From Lingula anatina (Eukaryota > Animalia > Brachiopoda), in NCBI GenBank assembly GCA_051362555.1, contig CM120647.1:9920001-9984000 (forward strand): DNA of 64,000 nucleotides, written 5' to 3'. A program made the position numbers and the translations under genes. The notes below the pieces were generated by a model. The model made no database searches. It was not told the DNA's origin and worked only from the letters and a program-made list of their open reading frames with translations. Positions 21,946 through 33,790 of the stretch are shown in pieces; position 1 is the stretch's first letter, and each line of letters opens with the position of its first letter.

Positions 21946-24900
21946 ACACACACACACACATACAAAAGACACATTTTCCGTGTTTATACACAGAGACATG
22001 TCAGCACTTGTAAGGTCATCAAACATCAAAAGTCACGGCTCATAGATGATTATAAACATACAGTCATGATTTAAATATGCTTAACATGAACCATGCCAGG
22101 AATGCCAAAAATGATACGACAAGGTTTTGGGAGCAGACCCAGCTTTGACTTCCAATTTCTAATGCAATTTTAATGTCTTTTTCTAAAAGAGGCTGCTGCT
22201 TGATCTGTAGCAATCAAAATAATCACGCATCTACATCTCGTATGATGAAAAGCCAGCTGAGGTAACAAGATGATTTGAATGATAAAGCCGTCTACCAGTC
22301 CTCCTCGTCTGTTGTGTCTGTTCACGGATAGTCACACGAAGAAAAAAAACTCTGTTGTAAGTTAGCTCTGATAGAAGCAGTCCAAAATAGTTACCATTTT
22401 AGAAACTTATAAAAACCAAAAACAAAGAACACTTGATTGCATTTAGTTGTGAAGATGTTGTCTCTGCATGAAATAATGGAGCCAGATTTTCCCTACCGAT
22501 AAGTAAGTTATTGGGACAGTAAAACAAACATGCGACATAATGCCACAGTATTTACTGCTTTATTATGATGACTATTGAACATTTGCCATTTCAGTAACGC
22601 CAAAACAATTTCAAGAATTCCTTATCTGTCACTGTGTCACCTAACTCAGTCGCGCTGCCAAATAGTTGACATTATATGTTAAACTGGTTTCCCCTTCACT
22701 TTTAAACAGTCATGTTCAGACTAGGTGTACTGGATCTGTTGTTAAGTGAGCCTGGTTCAGAAGAAAAGTTGAAGATAAAAAGCAAAGAAAAAGTTAATGG
22801 GCCTGTTTCAAATGAAAAGTTGGAGATAAAACGCAAAGAAAAAAGGTAATGTGAGGTCTTTTCATCTGAACAGAGTATTTACATGTGGATGGGTTACAAG
22901 AGGGGCCCTTCTATTCAGAAAATTGAGGCAGCACTGGTGCAATCAAGGTGTGCGCAAGGGAAGACCAGATTTTGGCAAATGTAAAACCCATCAATAATCT
23001 CCAAAATGGAGGAATGTGACCCTATTACTGAAAAGAGAAGAAAGGTGGAAACGGCTAATCTTATTAACCTTTACTGATTTGAGGAAAACGGAAATTGCCA
23101 ACATACAAATGGTTGTGGGTGAACGGTTTTGAATATTTCTCAAATATGTTTGGTCTTTTTTACAAGGGATTTTACATACCTAACTTCTGATCATGCTGAT
23201 AAAAAATTTAAATGTTTGAAAGACTGAGATTTAATAATAGGATGACGGTAACAAGTGAATGATTGAACTTCATATATTTGCAACTAACTGTTGTTCAAGT
23301 TTTCTTTATCAAGTGCTATATTATCCTCTCAGTCAATCAATCTAGAAAGTTGGGAGTTGCTCTTTTTTGTAGTTGGCCAAATTTTTACAAAGAGACACTT
23401 GTCCTTGTTGAAGAGTACTACAAAACATGAATAGTTGATAAGTCACTCAACAATGCAGTGGACCTTTAGCACTCTTCAAGTCTTAACTTGTTCAACCATC
23501 TTTATAATGTTGACCCTATGGTCCTGTCCACCCCCGTCCATTATTGTCCATTATTTTCAAACGCCAACATGTTTGCTCTGACATGACTTCATACAAGCCG
23601 AGTTGATCTACGGTTTTAACACTTAACGCAAGTACAAGTAGCTTAATGTAACCAGTGGCTTTTATATATGTGCGTTGGAGTTGGGTGCTGTGAACTTTTC
23701 AACCCGTGTAAGAAAATTGAAGCCTGTTGTTGAATATTATCAGGCATAGAGTTGAAACTGATTTGTAGAACAACTACACTGGATGAAGTCTTTAATTTTA
23801 TCTCAGTTAAAAAGTCTGCTACTTAATTCTCAGTTAAACTCATACATGTACTTTTCTAAGGCTATGATATATCTGTTAAATAGAAATGGAGATTGCTTTA
23901 AAGTTTCTGACTGAAATTTTTTTACCTCATGTCATAGGTAGATTAACCTAGTAGGTGTAAATGTACACAAATGCTGAGTTGATACCAACTGAAATTCTGA
24001 ATGTGTTGTGAAGTACCAGTACACATGTACAGCTACTAGTGTTTGTTCTAATTTCACCTCTTTGTGTAAAATATATGAATATTGAAGAGATGCCATCAAG
24101 TCAGAGGTTTCTGAATAACACTTCATCTTCATTCAGTATATATGAAATCAGATGGGAGGTAGAGGCTGGGCCTTGAAATCTTGGGTCCCCAACCTCTGCT
24201 TTAACCTTCTGACCCTGTTCTCTAAAAAGTAACCATTTGGACCTTCAGACACCATTTACACAAACTCCACTTCAACTGAGACATTTCAATACTTGAGCTA
24301 ACAATTACTCACCTTTTAAGTAAAGTCTTCAGGGCAAAGTTTGAGCAATGCTAAACTGAGCAAGGAATGAAAAGGTCTAAGTCCTAATTCTTCAGCCTTC
24401 TCTGGTTGCTGAAAGAGAATACAACACTACCCCTGCAACATGTGTCCCTGCGGCTGACTCACCTTATCTAATAAGCATATCATTAGCATAGCATTATCAT
24501 CTCATTAGCACCACCTCAAGTTTCCAAACACTGAATGGAAATGACCTTTGACCTGCCTTGTTTACCAATGAGACTGGCCCTTTTAAAGAGGGGGGGGGGG
24601 GGGGGGGGGGAAGATGCAGGTGAAGAGAAATCTGGTCTGTTGAAAGAAAGTACTACCAAGGAAATTTTGTATAGATTAGAAATGAAGATATCTAGGTTGT
24701 TAAGAAAAGGGTGGCTGCTTATGATGATATTTTGGCTTTACCAGCCTGATCTGTAAAATTAAAAGGTTGACTAGAAAATCAGTTGCTGTGAAAAATATTC
24801 ACTTTCAAACATACTATTAATGCTGTGTAAGATTGGGCTTATCAGGAAATGTGCACCTTTAAAAACTGTGCAGTGGAACCTTGCATTTCAATGAAGAGTA

Positions 24901-25882
24901 GAAGTACGCTTTAGAATTGCACTGAATATTTTACAAACTTTGCAGAATAGTGCGTAAATATGCAATTAATATTTAAAATACTGAAAAGACTTAAGGGTGC
25001 TCTACTGCATAATTAACACTGTGCAAAATAATGTAAACTTCAAAAAGGGACCTGATATACCAATAAATGTCTCAAATTTTGTAAAATAAGAAATCCCTAA
25101 ACAAACATAATGAATATTATTTTGATTATTTTTAATTCCATGAAATTATCAGAAAATTACAAAAGAAACCCCAAATTGTCTTGAATATTTCAAACTCTAT
25201 AAAAAAAAAATGAAAAGACCAGAAAGACACCCCATTACTGCAGTGACTGGAAGATAGTGATAACAGTAATTAGTTCAGGTAGAAGACAGGTAATTACGCC
25301 TCCATTGTGTCTAAGGTCAGAGGTCATTGTGTCTGAGGTCAGAGGTCACAGTAATTGTCTCCCTGTTAAAGCCCCACATCTAGCTCCAGGCAAGAGAGTG
25401 GATTTGATTAACCCTACCTGGTTAACTGGGTGAAAACTAGCTTCCTGGGTGAAATAGTGTGGAAATGGGGTTATTTATTGTTTAACTATTTAACTTGTGA
25501 ATGAAACAGACTGGAACATAGTTATTATGGAAAGGAAGTGGTAAATGTTTTATGTTATAGCACAGAGGAAGATGGAAGAACATGATGTGTCTGTGTGTGC
25601 GTGAGTGAGTGGGACAGAGAGAGAGAGAAAAGAGAGTTGATGGTTTGTCAAATATGCACTATAACAAGATGAGATACACTTACCTTTATCACATAGCTAG
25701 TAATTTAGCTATGCTATAAAACCATCATGTTGTTATCTTTTGTATATTACCATAATTTATCCTCAAAAACCTTAATATTTTGCTTTTCATTCCATTTTTA
25801 ATAGAACTAATTCTTGACTGCCCAGCTGAATATATATTTTGATGGAGATTTTGCAAAAATTCTTCAATTAAAACAATTGAGG

Positions 25883-26015
25883 TCACACTCAATAAATGCA
25901 TCACACTCAGTTTATGACATCACACTCAGCATATGACAACACACTCAGTATATGACATCACACTCAGAATATGACATCACACTCAGTAAATGACATCACT
26001 TAACACATGACATCA
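25883..26015 (+). repeat. 19-nt minisatellite (tcacactcagtatatgaca) x~7 abutting the exon 1 acceptor
   Basis: Direct reading. Confidence 0.9.
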
Positions 26016-26028
26016 TTGTTGTTGATAG

Positions 26029-26141
26029 GTCAGCGGAGAGAAGGTCAGTAAGATCAGTCTGGTGGACTTGGCGGGAAGTGAGCGTGCTCAGAAGACTGGC
26101 GCTGTGGGGGAGCGGCTGAAAGAAGGCAGTAATATTAACAA
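26029..26141 (+). CDS. KIF13: KIF13 exon 1 in window (motor switch II: [37 protein letters not shown])
   Basis: gatag| acceptor, |gtaag donor, canonical kinesin motif. Confidence 0.96.
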
Positions 26142-26465
26142 GTAAGATAAAACTTTCACTGGATTTTTTTTCTATTGTTGATATGCCTGATTCTGAAAAT
26201 TTAATTTTTAGAAACTATATTCAGTAAAAATTGACCTCCAAAGAAAAATATTTTCCAATGTTATCTTTCAAAACTTTTAAAAATTGCCATTTAAAAAAAA
26301 TTTAAAATTTTGTTATTTAAATACATGGCATGACTTTGTTACCTTATAAAATCTTTATGTGTATTCTGGTCTCGCTTATTCATACAAGCTGCAGGTGGTA
26401 CATACCAAATTAGACAACATACACCTCTCTGAAACAGTGGCTTTCTAATGTGTTTTTCCTTTCAG

Positions 26466-26577
26466 ATCTCTAACCACATTGGGCCTAGTTATCTCTAGTT
26501 TGGCAGACCAAGCGGCAGGCAAAAGTAAAACTAACTTTGTACAGTACAGGGACTCCACCCTAACATGGCTTCTCAAG
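26466..26577 (+). CDS. KIF13: KIF13 exon 2 ([15 protein letters not shown]...[14 protein letters not shown])
   Basis: ttcag| and |gtagg; phase matches exon 1. Confidence 0.96.
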
Positions 26578-27093
26578 GTAGGATGAGAACGAACAAAGTG
26601 AGGTGGATTCCCTGAGAGAATGAACGGACGATTGATCAATTGATTCATTCAGCAAAAGCTTTTTCTAGATCAGATACTGGCCCTGGAGTGGCATATTACT
26701 AAATCTGTTGTCCATAATGATAGGATTTTTTAGGAATGACTAATCAGATCTAACTGGCGGAAATTTTTAGCTGTTGTTTTATGTTCCTCTTGTCTATAGA
26801 TTTTGTTTTTGGACAAATTTTGAGTTACATTAAATTTTGTGGTTTTCTGTGGATTGATGGTACAAATGATCAGTGGGCAGAAAATCTTAGGCACATATCA
26901 GACCACATCTGCTTAAGCTGGTGCCATATTTGGAACTCAAATTGCTGTCTAGCTGCACAGACTGTCATCTTTGTCAATTTAATTGGTGAAAGTTTTCTAG
27001 ATTTTGTTGGATTTTCAGTCTTCATTTCGATCAATTCTCAGTCTTCAGTTCTTGTTGAAATCCATATTCTACAGTGCACCTTTTTTTTGTTAG

Positions 27094-27306
27094 GACAACT
27101 TGGGTGGCAACAGCAAAACTGTTATGATTGCCACCATCAGCCCAGCAGCCGACAACTACGAAGAGACTCTATCTACGCTGAGGTACGCTGATCGTGCCAA
27201 GCGTATCGTCAACCATGCTGTTATCAATGAGGATCCCAACGCCAAGATCATCCGGGAGCTGAGAAGTGAGGTGGATTCCCTGAGAGAGCAGCTTTCAGTG
27301 GCACAG
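27094..27306 (+). CDS. KIF13: KIF13 exon 3 ([17 protein letters not shown]...[12 protein letters not shown]; motor end and neck)
   Basis: gttag| and |gtact; ORF 27100..27384. Confidence 0.97.
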
Positions 27307-27541
27307 GTACTTTCACTTTCACTTTCATTTCTGTGCCCTTGTGTATTAGTGGCAAATTTCACCTTGATTGAAAAATCACAATGATATTATGATGTCATGA
27401 AATTTTCCTTAGCCTTGGGTGATTGTTTTCAAAAATAAAAGTCTGTACTTATCCTTGCCAATATTATATGTTAAGTAAAGAAGTTAAAGTCAAGTGAGTT
27501 TCAAGAGCTGAAATGACTTTGATATTTTTTATTTCTTCCAG

Positions 27542-27652
27542 AGCATGCAGGCCCCAGATCTGAAGGAGAGGTTAGAAGAGTCTGAGATGTTGGTGAAGGA
27601 GCTCACTAAGACCTGGGAGGAGAAGCTGTCTGAGACAGAGAGAATACACACT
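27542..27652 (+). CDS. KIF13: KIF13 exon 4 (SMQAPDLKERLEESE...TWEEKL)
   Basis: tccag| and |gtaagt; kinesin-3 WEEKL motif. Confidence 0.95.
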
Positions 27653-27724
27653 GTAAGTGTACGCCGTGTGTGTGTATGTGTGTGTTTTTGTGTGCACCGC
27701 AAAAGTATGTTCATAGAATGTGTG

Positions 27725-27776
<52 letters not shown>

Positions 27777-28335
27777 GCACGCATGTATGTGTGTCTGTTC
27801 TTGTCTGCATAACCTAAATTTGTGTTCTTAAAGTGTGTGTGGGGGGGGGGGAGAGAAAGTTTCTGAATGGATATGTGTGTGCACTTGTGTTCGTGAAGCT
27901 TATCTAACACAATCACAATCGGCCATCCTTGGATGACACAACTATCACAATCACCTAGGCCTCTGTTGTTTGACAAAACATATTGATCACTATCATTTTC
28001 TTGTTGATTGATTGATTCAAATAAAATGTCCATTCTGTGAATGATGGCTAGAAAATAAGTTTCTTTAATTTAGTATGTCATCTATCACTGACCAACAGAA
28101 TTCCACCTGGTGAGGACACTAGGTCTTCTTTGTTGTAATTTTTGTACGAGAGATGATTGAGAAGTTTTAATCCTGACCCAGAAAGTGTAGGGAGTGGTTT
28201 TCTACCTTTTTGGATTCTGAGAAAGCAACAGTTATTTTGATGTTTTCAAAAGAATTTTTGATTCTTTTCATGCATGGTTGAAGATGCAATATGTAAGTTG
28301 GCTGAGTAATTGAACCCAGTGAAAAAATATAAAAC

Positions 28336-28382
<47 letters not shown>

Positions 28383-28439
28383 GTGTTGCAGATTGGCTAG
28401 TTGATAAGGTTATTTAAAGTTATTTTTATACCTTACCAG

Positions 28440-28574
28440 GAGCGTCATGCAGCCTTGGAGAAGATGGGAATCTCGGTACAGACATCAGGTATCAAAGTGG
28501 AACACAACAAGTACTACCTGGTCAACTTGAACGCTGACCCCTCTCTGAATGAATTACTGGTTTACTACCTGAAG
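28440..28574 (+). CDS. KIF13: KIF13 exon 5 (ERHAALEKMGIS...LVNLNADPSLNELLVYYLK)
   Basis: accag| and |gtacg. Confidence 0.95.
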
Positions 28575-28657
28575 GTACGAACTTTCTGTCTTTCTGTGTG
28601 TGTGGGTGCATTTGTGTTTTTCGTTCATTTTTTTTAAATTGTTGATTCTTTTAAATT

Positions 28658-28873
28658 ATGATAAAAACTTGAAAATTTTGTCAGCCTTGAAAATTTTGTC
28701 GAAAGACAATTCTCCTTAGATATAATTTTTTTCACTTTGAAAATTTTGTCAAACTTGAAAATGGACCTCTTATTAATTCTGAAAAGCTTATCACCTAATA
28801 TGAACAAGTGAGATTGAGATATTTGAAAAACATGAATTAATTTTTAAGAAACAAAATTTTCAAGTTTTTACCA
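28658..28873. mobile_element. AT-rich MITE family, copy 1 (copy 2 at 62267-62452)
   Basis: TIR taaaaacttgaaaatttt / aaaattttcaagttttta; interior shared with 62267-62452. Confidence 0.65.
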
Positions 28874-29066
28874 AGAGATGTTTCCAGAGACGCAGGATTG
28901 AGGCTTGTTGCCCAATTAAGTTGATGTAATGAAATGACATTGATAAATGATAGTAAGATCAATGTTTTTCCAATATTTGAATGTTGGCAGCTCTATGTGT
29001 TCATATAAGCAATATTTTATTTAATTGAACACTTGATTCTTTTCTTAGGTGGAAGAAGATGATCTA

Positions 29067-29151
<85 letters not shown>

Positions 29152-29309
29152 AAAAAAAATTAAACATTTGTTGCATGAGGTCATGTGGGTGGGCAGCATG
29201 TATTTGTTGTCTAGTTAAACTTAACAGGATACAGACTTCAGTCTAATGCACCTTAACAACGAAAAGTGTTCTGTTTAGATAAATGAATGAAAACATCTTT
29301 ATGTAGAAC

Positions 29310-29680
29310 CACAAAATGTTGTGTCATCCACATCCTGTTTATGCCTGAAAGATAAAATTACTTGGGAACAGAATCTCTGTTTCTAAAGATCCATTTTTAC
29401 TGTGTCTGTCACGAAGGTGATTCTGTATTTGTTTCAAGGGAAAAAAAAGGAAAACAATTTGTGCTTCTAGAAATTAGATTTCACCTTGGTTTGTAGATAT
29501 ACCTTTGAATGTTGTGTAACCCACATCCTGTTTACGCCCAACAGATAAAATAACTTGGGAAGAAAATCTCTCTTTAAAAAAGATCCATTTTCAATGTCAT
29601 ATGTGAAGGTGATTGTGTATGTGTTTAAAGAAGAAAAAAAAGAAGAAGAAGAAATAATTTCAGCTTCTAGAAATTAGATG
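29310..29680 (+). repeat. ~195-bp diverged tandem duplication
   Basis: ccacatcctgttta...gcttctagaaattagat twice. Confidence 0.8.
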
Positions 29681-30257
29681 CTCTCTTGTTGTGAAGACAC
29701 ACTTCTAAATGCCACAATGTTTTTTTTTCTGCATTTGTTTTTTTAATTTGAGGACCTCAGTGGACAGGAAATTGAAAACCCAAAAGGAAAACCCACTGCA
29801 GGATATAAGTGTCTTGAATAAAAAAAACACACATGCTTAGTCTTGATACTACCTGATCACTTCATTTCCTGGATGACACTTTTATTGAACGTGTCAAATA
29901 ATACTTATGCACCATTTGACGTGAAGGTACTTCTACGTTCCTGATTCTTTCTCACACAGCAATTAATGTCAAGGTATTGGGGTGAGTTGTTATCAAAACA
30001 GTCGTAGGCTGACAAGTAATTGTGAAGGGTTTTGAAGTATCATTTCTCATATGTATTTTTGGTCTGTTCGACCAGTGCAGTATTAGTCAATATTTTATTT
30101 GTATGCCTGAAGACCTCAAGCTTGTGTTTCCCGATCTTGTCAAAACAAATGGGGTTTCTGTTCGATTAATGCAGCCAACTTATACTTGGCTTTCTGGCTT
30201 TGCCTGATTCGAACCTGTCTGGACCAACTCTAAACAGGACTTTTGGTTTGTTCAACC

Positions 30258-30259
<2 letters not shown>

Positions 30260-30340
<81 letters not shown>
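30260..30340. repeat. (TA)n microsatellite; (TTA)n at ~28337, ~40099, ~43234
   Basis: Direct reading. Confidence 0.95.
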
Positions 30341-30342
<2 letters not shown>

Positions 30343-33300
30343 CTGAAATTGATTTAGATGTAGGTTTTATTTTGGTGATGAGCATTTATTACAGTGAGGA
30401 GGTACACTCTTTTTTCTATGCCAGACTAGCAAAGAGGAGCACTATTTTCCAACATCCGTAGAAAAATTTTCTGGAATTAAAATCATGGCTAAGATAATCT
30501 GACAATTACTTAGAATTTGCTGGGCAGCTAAAAACTTTACACCTTTACATCAAATTTAGTTGTATTAACTGCCTCTTCACCTAGAAATTAAGAATAAAAA
30601 TGATATTATAATGATAACAACAATAAAAATAATCTTTTTTGCTACTGGCAGAATTTTTCAGAGGCTATCACGTATAGTAAAATGAGTTTGCATGGTATCA
30701 AATCAGTCCTTATATTTTGCCACAACAAACATTTATATCCTGATTCTCCAAACCTCACTTTTTTTTCTTGAGCCTGTGTTAGAACTCGCCCTGTAAAAAG
30801 GTCTATAATACATCGATTGTGCCTCTTCTCATGCTTGCACCTATTTGTTTCAAGTATTGACCAAAGTTAAGTTGTATATTGACAGGTGTGCTGTTCTATT
30901 AGGTATCTGTGTTATTATTGCTAACAGTTCTCACTGACTGGGAGTTCTTATAAAACTGTGTTGACATAGTGTTAACATCACACTGGGTGCTGTAGGAGGT
31001 ATTGACTTGTTGTCTTACGCTGGTGATTAGTCAATTGCTGGCGTTTTTCTGGTTAAGGATTCGGTGCTGGACTTGATAGGGTGAGTTCTTTGTGTCGTTT
31101 TCTATTTCATTTTTTTGTTTGTTTTTTTTTTAGGCGGTGGTTATTTGATCCAGTGTTTTTGTTTGTGATGAGCTTGTTCATTTTTGGCTGATTTGTTTAC
31201 TGAGTTATGACAATGGGAATTGATATTATTGTTGGGTTATTTCTTTCTCTCTCTTTCTCTCTTCTCTCTCCCTCTCTCTCTCTCTGATGACAATGGCAAT
31301 AAAAAAAATTAATTGCATTGCACTGCTGCCATTATCTTGCAAGCTGTATCACAGACAGCAACAGTGAAAAACTTTTTTCTGCATCGGTGTATTCTAAATA
31401 TTTTGATATCTGTTTTGATAGCTTCAAATTCAGAGTTATGTTAATGCCAATAGGTAATTTCAGTGCATCAGTGAAGTCACCTCATGCTTCAATTGTGATA
31501 CATGGAAAAGTAAGAATTAATTATCTAGCCCACAAAAAACTAGCTTTACCTTGCACTAATTATGCCACCCTCTTATTTTACTGTTTTTTGTTTTCTCTTG
31601 GATGCTTTATTTTCTAGAAATGGGAAAGAGCACAGCCGTAGGATTTGGAGGGGGGGGGGGGGGGGGATGAAAAGTTCAGTGAGCAATAGTATTAAAGCAA
31701 TCCCCAAAAGCTTAGAGTTGTTTTGTGAAATCTAAAAAATGATCAGATTTCCAGATTCTAACAGTTGTTGTTCTCCTGTGGTTTTTCATGGCATGCAATG
31801 TAAAATCCCACTTGTGAATAAGGTGCAGTCACACCAAAGACCTGACCTGATTTGGGTCTGAAGTTTGGTTCATAACTCTTACCAATATTATTGGTGAAAT
31901 ATATTTTGATGCATATGAAAACATCTTAAAGGAATTTTGTCAAAAGAAAACATCCAGGTTTCACAGATAAGCAAGTGTTACTTGATGGAATGTTATTCGT
32001 ATATAATTATGTACTGTCTTAGTCACAGGGATTTTGTGAAAAAAAAAAAATTGCAAATGAATATCTCCAATGATCATGTCATATGGTGTACACGTACGTA
32101 AATTAATTGTGACCAGTAACTAAGTTTTTACCTTGAATGTAAATCAAGTCTGAAATGAGAAACTGATCGCTGATATAACAGTTGCTGTGTTTGTTTAACA
32201 TGTATTGTGTTACTATTGATTTTCTTCGTGCGACTTGTCAATGAATGTGTTTTAGCATCTGACAAATTGTGATAAGTTTGAATATCAGCGAACTGAAAAA
32301 TATTTTTTAAATATCGGCGTGTATATGTCAGCTGTTTGTATTATGTCACAATATATTACTTGGTGCAGAAAAGTGGATTATATCAAGTGCTGTTTATTTG
32401 GTGGATATGGTCTATCAGAGAGAGAGGGGCCATAACTATTTTGCCCTTTCCTTTTGCAAGTGACCTTTTCAGATAGTGTCATATCTGGGGTATTTTTTAG
32501 AACCTTCTGTATGAAATGTGATTCAGAGATTTGTTTCTCTTTTCCCTTTTCAAAAACTACAGAAATATGGTATTTCTGAAAACAAAATGCAAATGGATGA
32601 TATTTTTTAAAAACTGCAATAAATGTACATCTATGCCCAAGGAGTGCAATTCAGTCTAGGCTTTTTGCAGCCGTTTCGCCAAAGGGCCAATGAAGATGAA
32701 AATTACATCAGTGCTACTGTTTCTCAAACTGACCTCTAAAAGAATTACCAACATGCTAGTTTATGGCAAAAAAATTATGCCAAAACTGGCTTATAATTAC
32801 TCAAAGATAGGATACAGAATTTCACCTCTGAGAGTTGTTCACAAGTTAGAGTACAGCAACTCATATGTGGCGCTAAGATCAGATAGTCCGCTAAATGATC
32901 AGATAGTCGACTAAATGGTATCCCTAGTGGCTAGGAAGTGCTGGATGTTTGCCCTTGAAGCCAGTTTTCAAACCTTCTCAATTCTCATTTGGATTCTTGA
33001 TTCATGAGCAGATAAAGAGGATTAGAGTCACCCCCAATTATATCCTACTGTAAATGCAGAGTGACTTTGAGGCCAAAGATGTGGAAAACATTGTTTTAAA
33101 AAAATATAATGGGAGGAAGTGACTCGTACAGCAGTACTTGGTCAATGCCATACAGGGTTGGAAACCTTCACTGCTCTTCATTTGGGATTCCTGATTATTG
33201 CTGAAATGGGAATTTCTGACCTTACGAACTGAAGAGCGAAGTTACTTCCAGTTCCATTATGCCGTTAATACGGTGAACGAGGAACACCGACATGGCAGAC

Positions 33301-33354
33301 GGGCGGAAAATCAGTAACCCTGAGTTTCGGATCCACTAGCTATATTTTAGCAAC

Positions 33355-33790
33355 CAAACTTTTATACCTTTACAAATGTCAGGTTCACGTTAATGGCCAC
33401 AGGAATCAGGGCGATGGTCTTGTTGATACAGGGGCATATGGGATACAGTTTGGAGAGTGATATGGCGCTGAAGTATGGATGAAGTATTTAAAGCCTGGAA
33501 TCATAGGATCATGTTTGGAGTGTTCATATATAGTGATCAAAAGCACATTTCCCATTTTGAGATGAAGTATAGAAGATTTAATTTTTGACGAATTCAGAGG
33601 AATTCAGGTTGAATGTTTGAATTGTTGTCTTTGAAGACATAAAATGACCAGGTTTTTTTTGCAAATTTGTATTTTCTGGTCAATCAGTGATAAACTACAA
33701 AAAAATAGATGGAGTTATTATTGGGCAGATATTATTTAGAAACATGTTGAAATTGGAGAGCAACCCAAATTATATATCCCTGAAGACTAA
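33355..33790 (+). pseudogene. Degenerate retropepsin-type aspartic protease (retroelement relic or decayed DDI1-like domain)
   Basis: VHVNGH...LVDTGA (33419-33436), shifted-frame SDMALKYG, later IDGVIIG (33705-33725); stops and frameshifts. Confidence 0.45.

Noticed and set aside
21258-22045. ORFs with HT/RE/SL/CV runs (also 2256, 2814, 27529, 29017, 30243, 40717)
   Set aside because: Translations of microsatellites
29049-29065. Acceptor-like ttcttag|gtggaagaagatgat after exon 5
   Set aside because: Runs straight into (CT)n with no donor; exons 5 and 6 join cleanly without it
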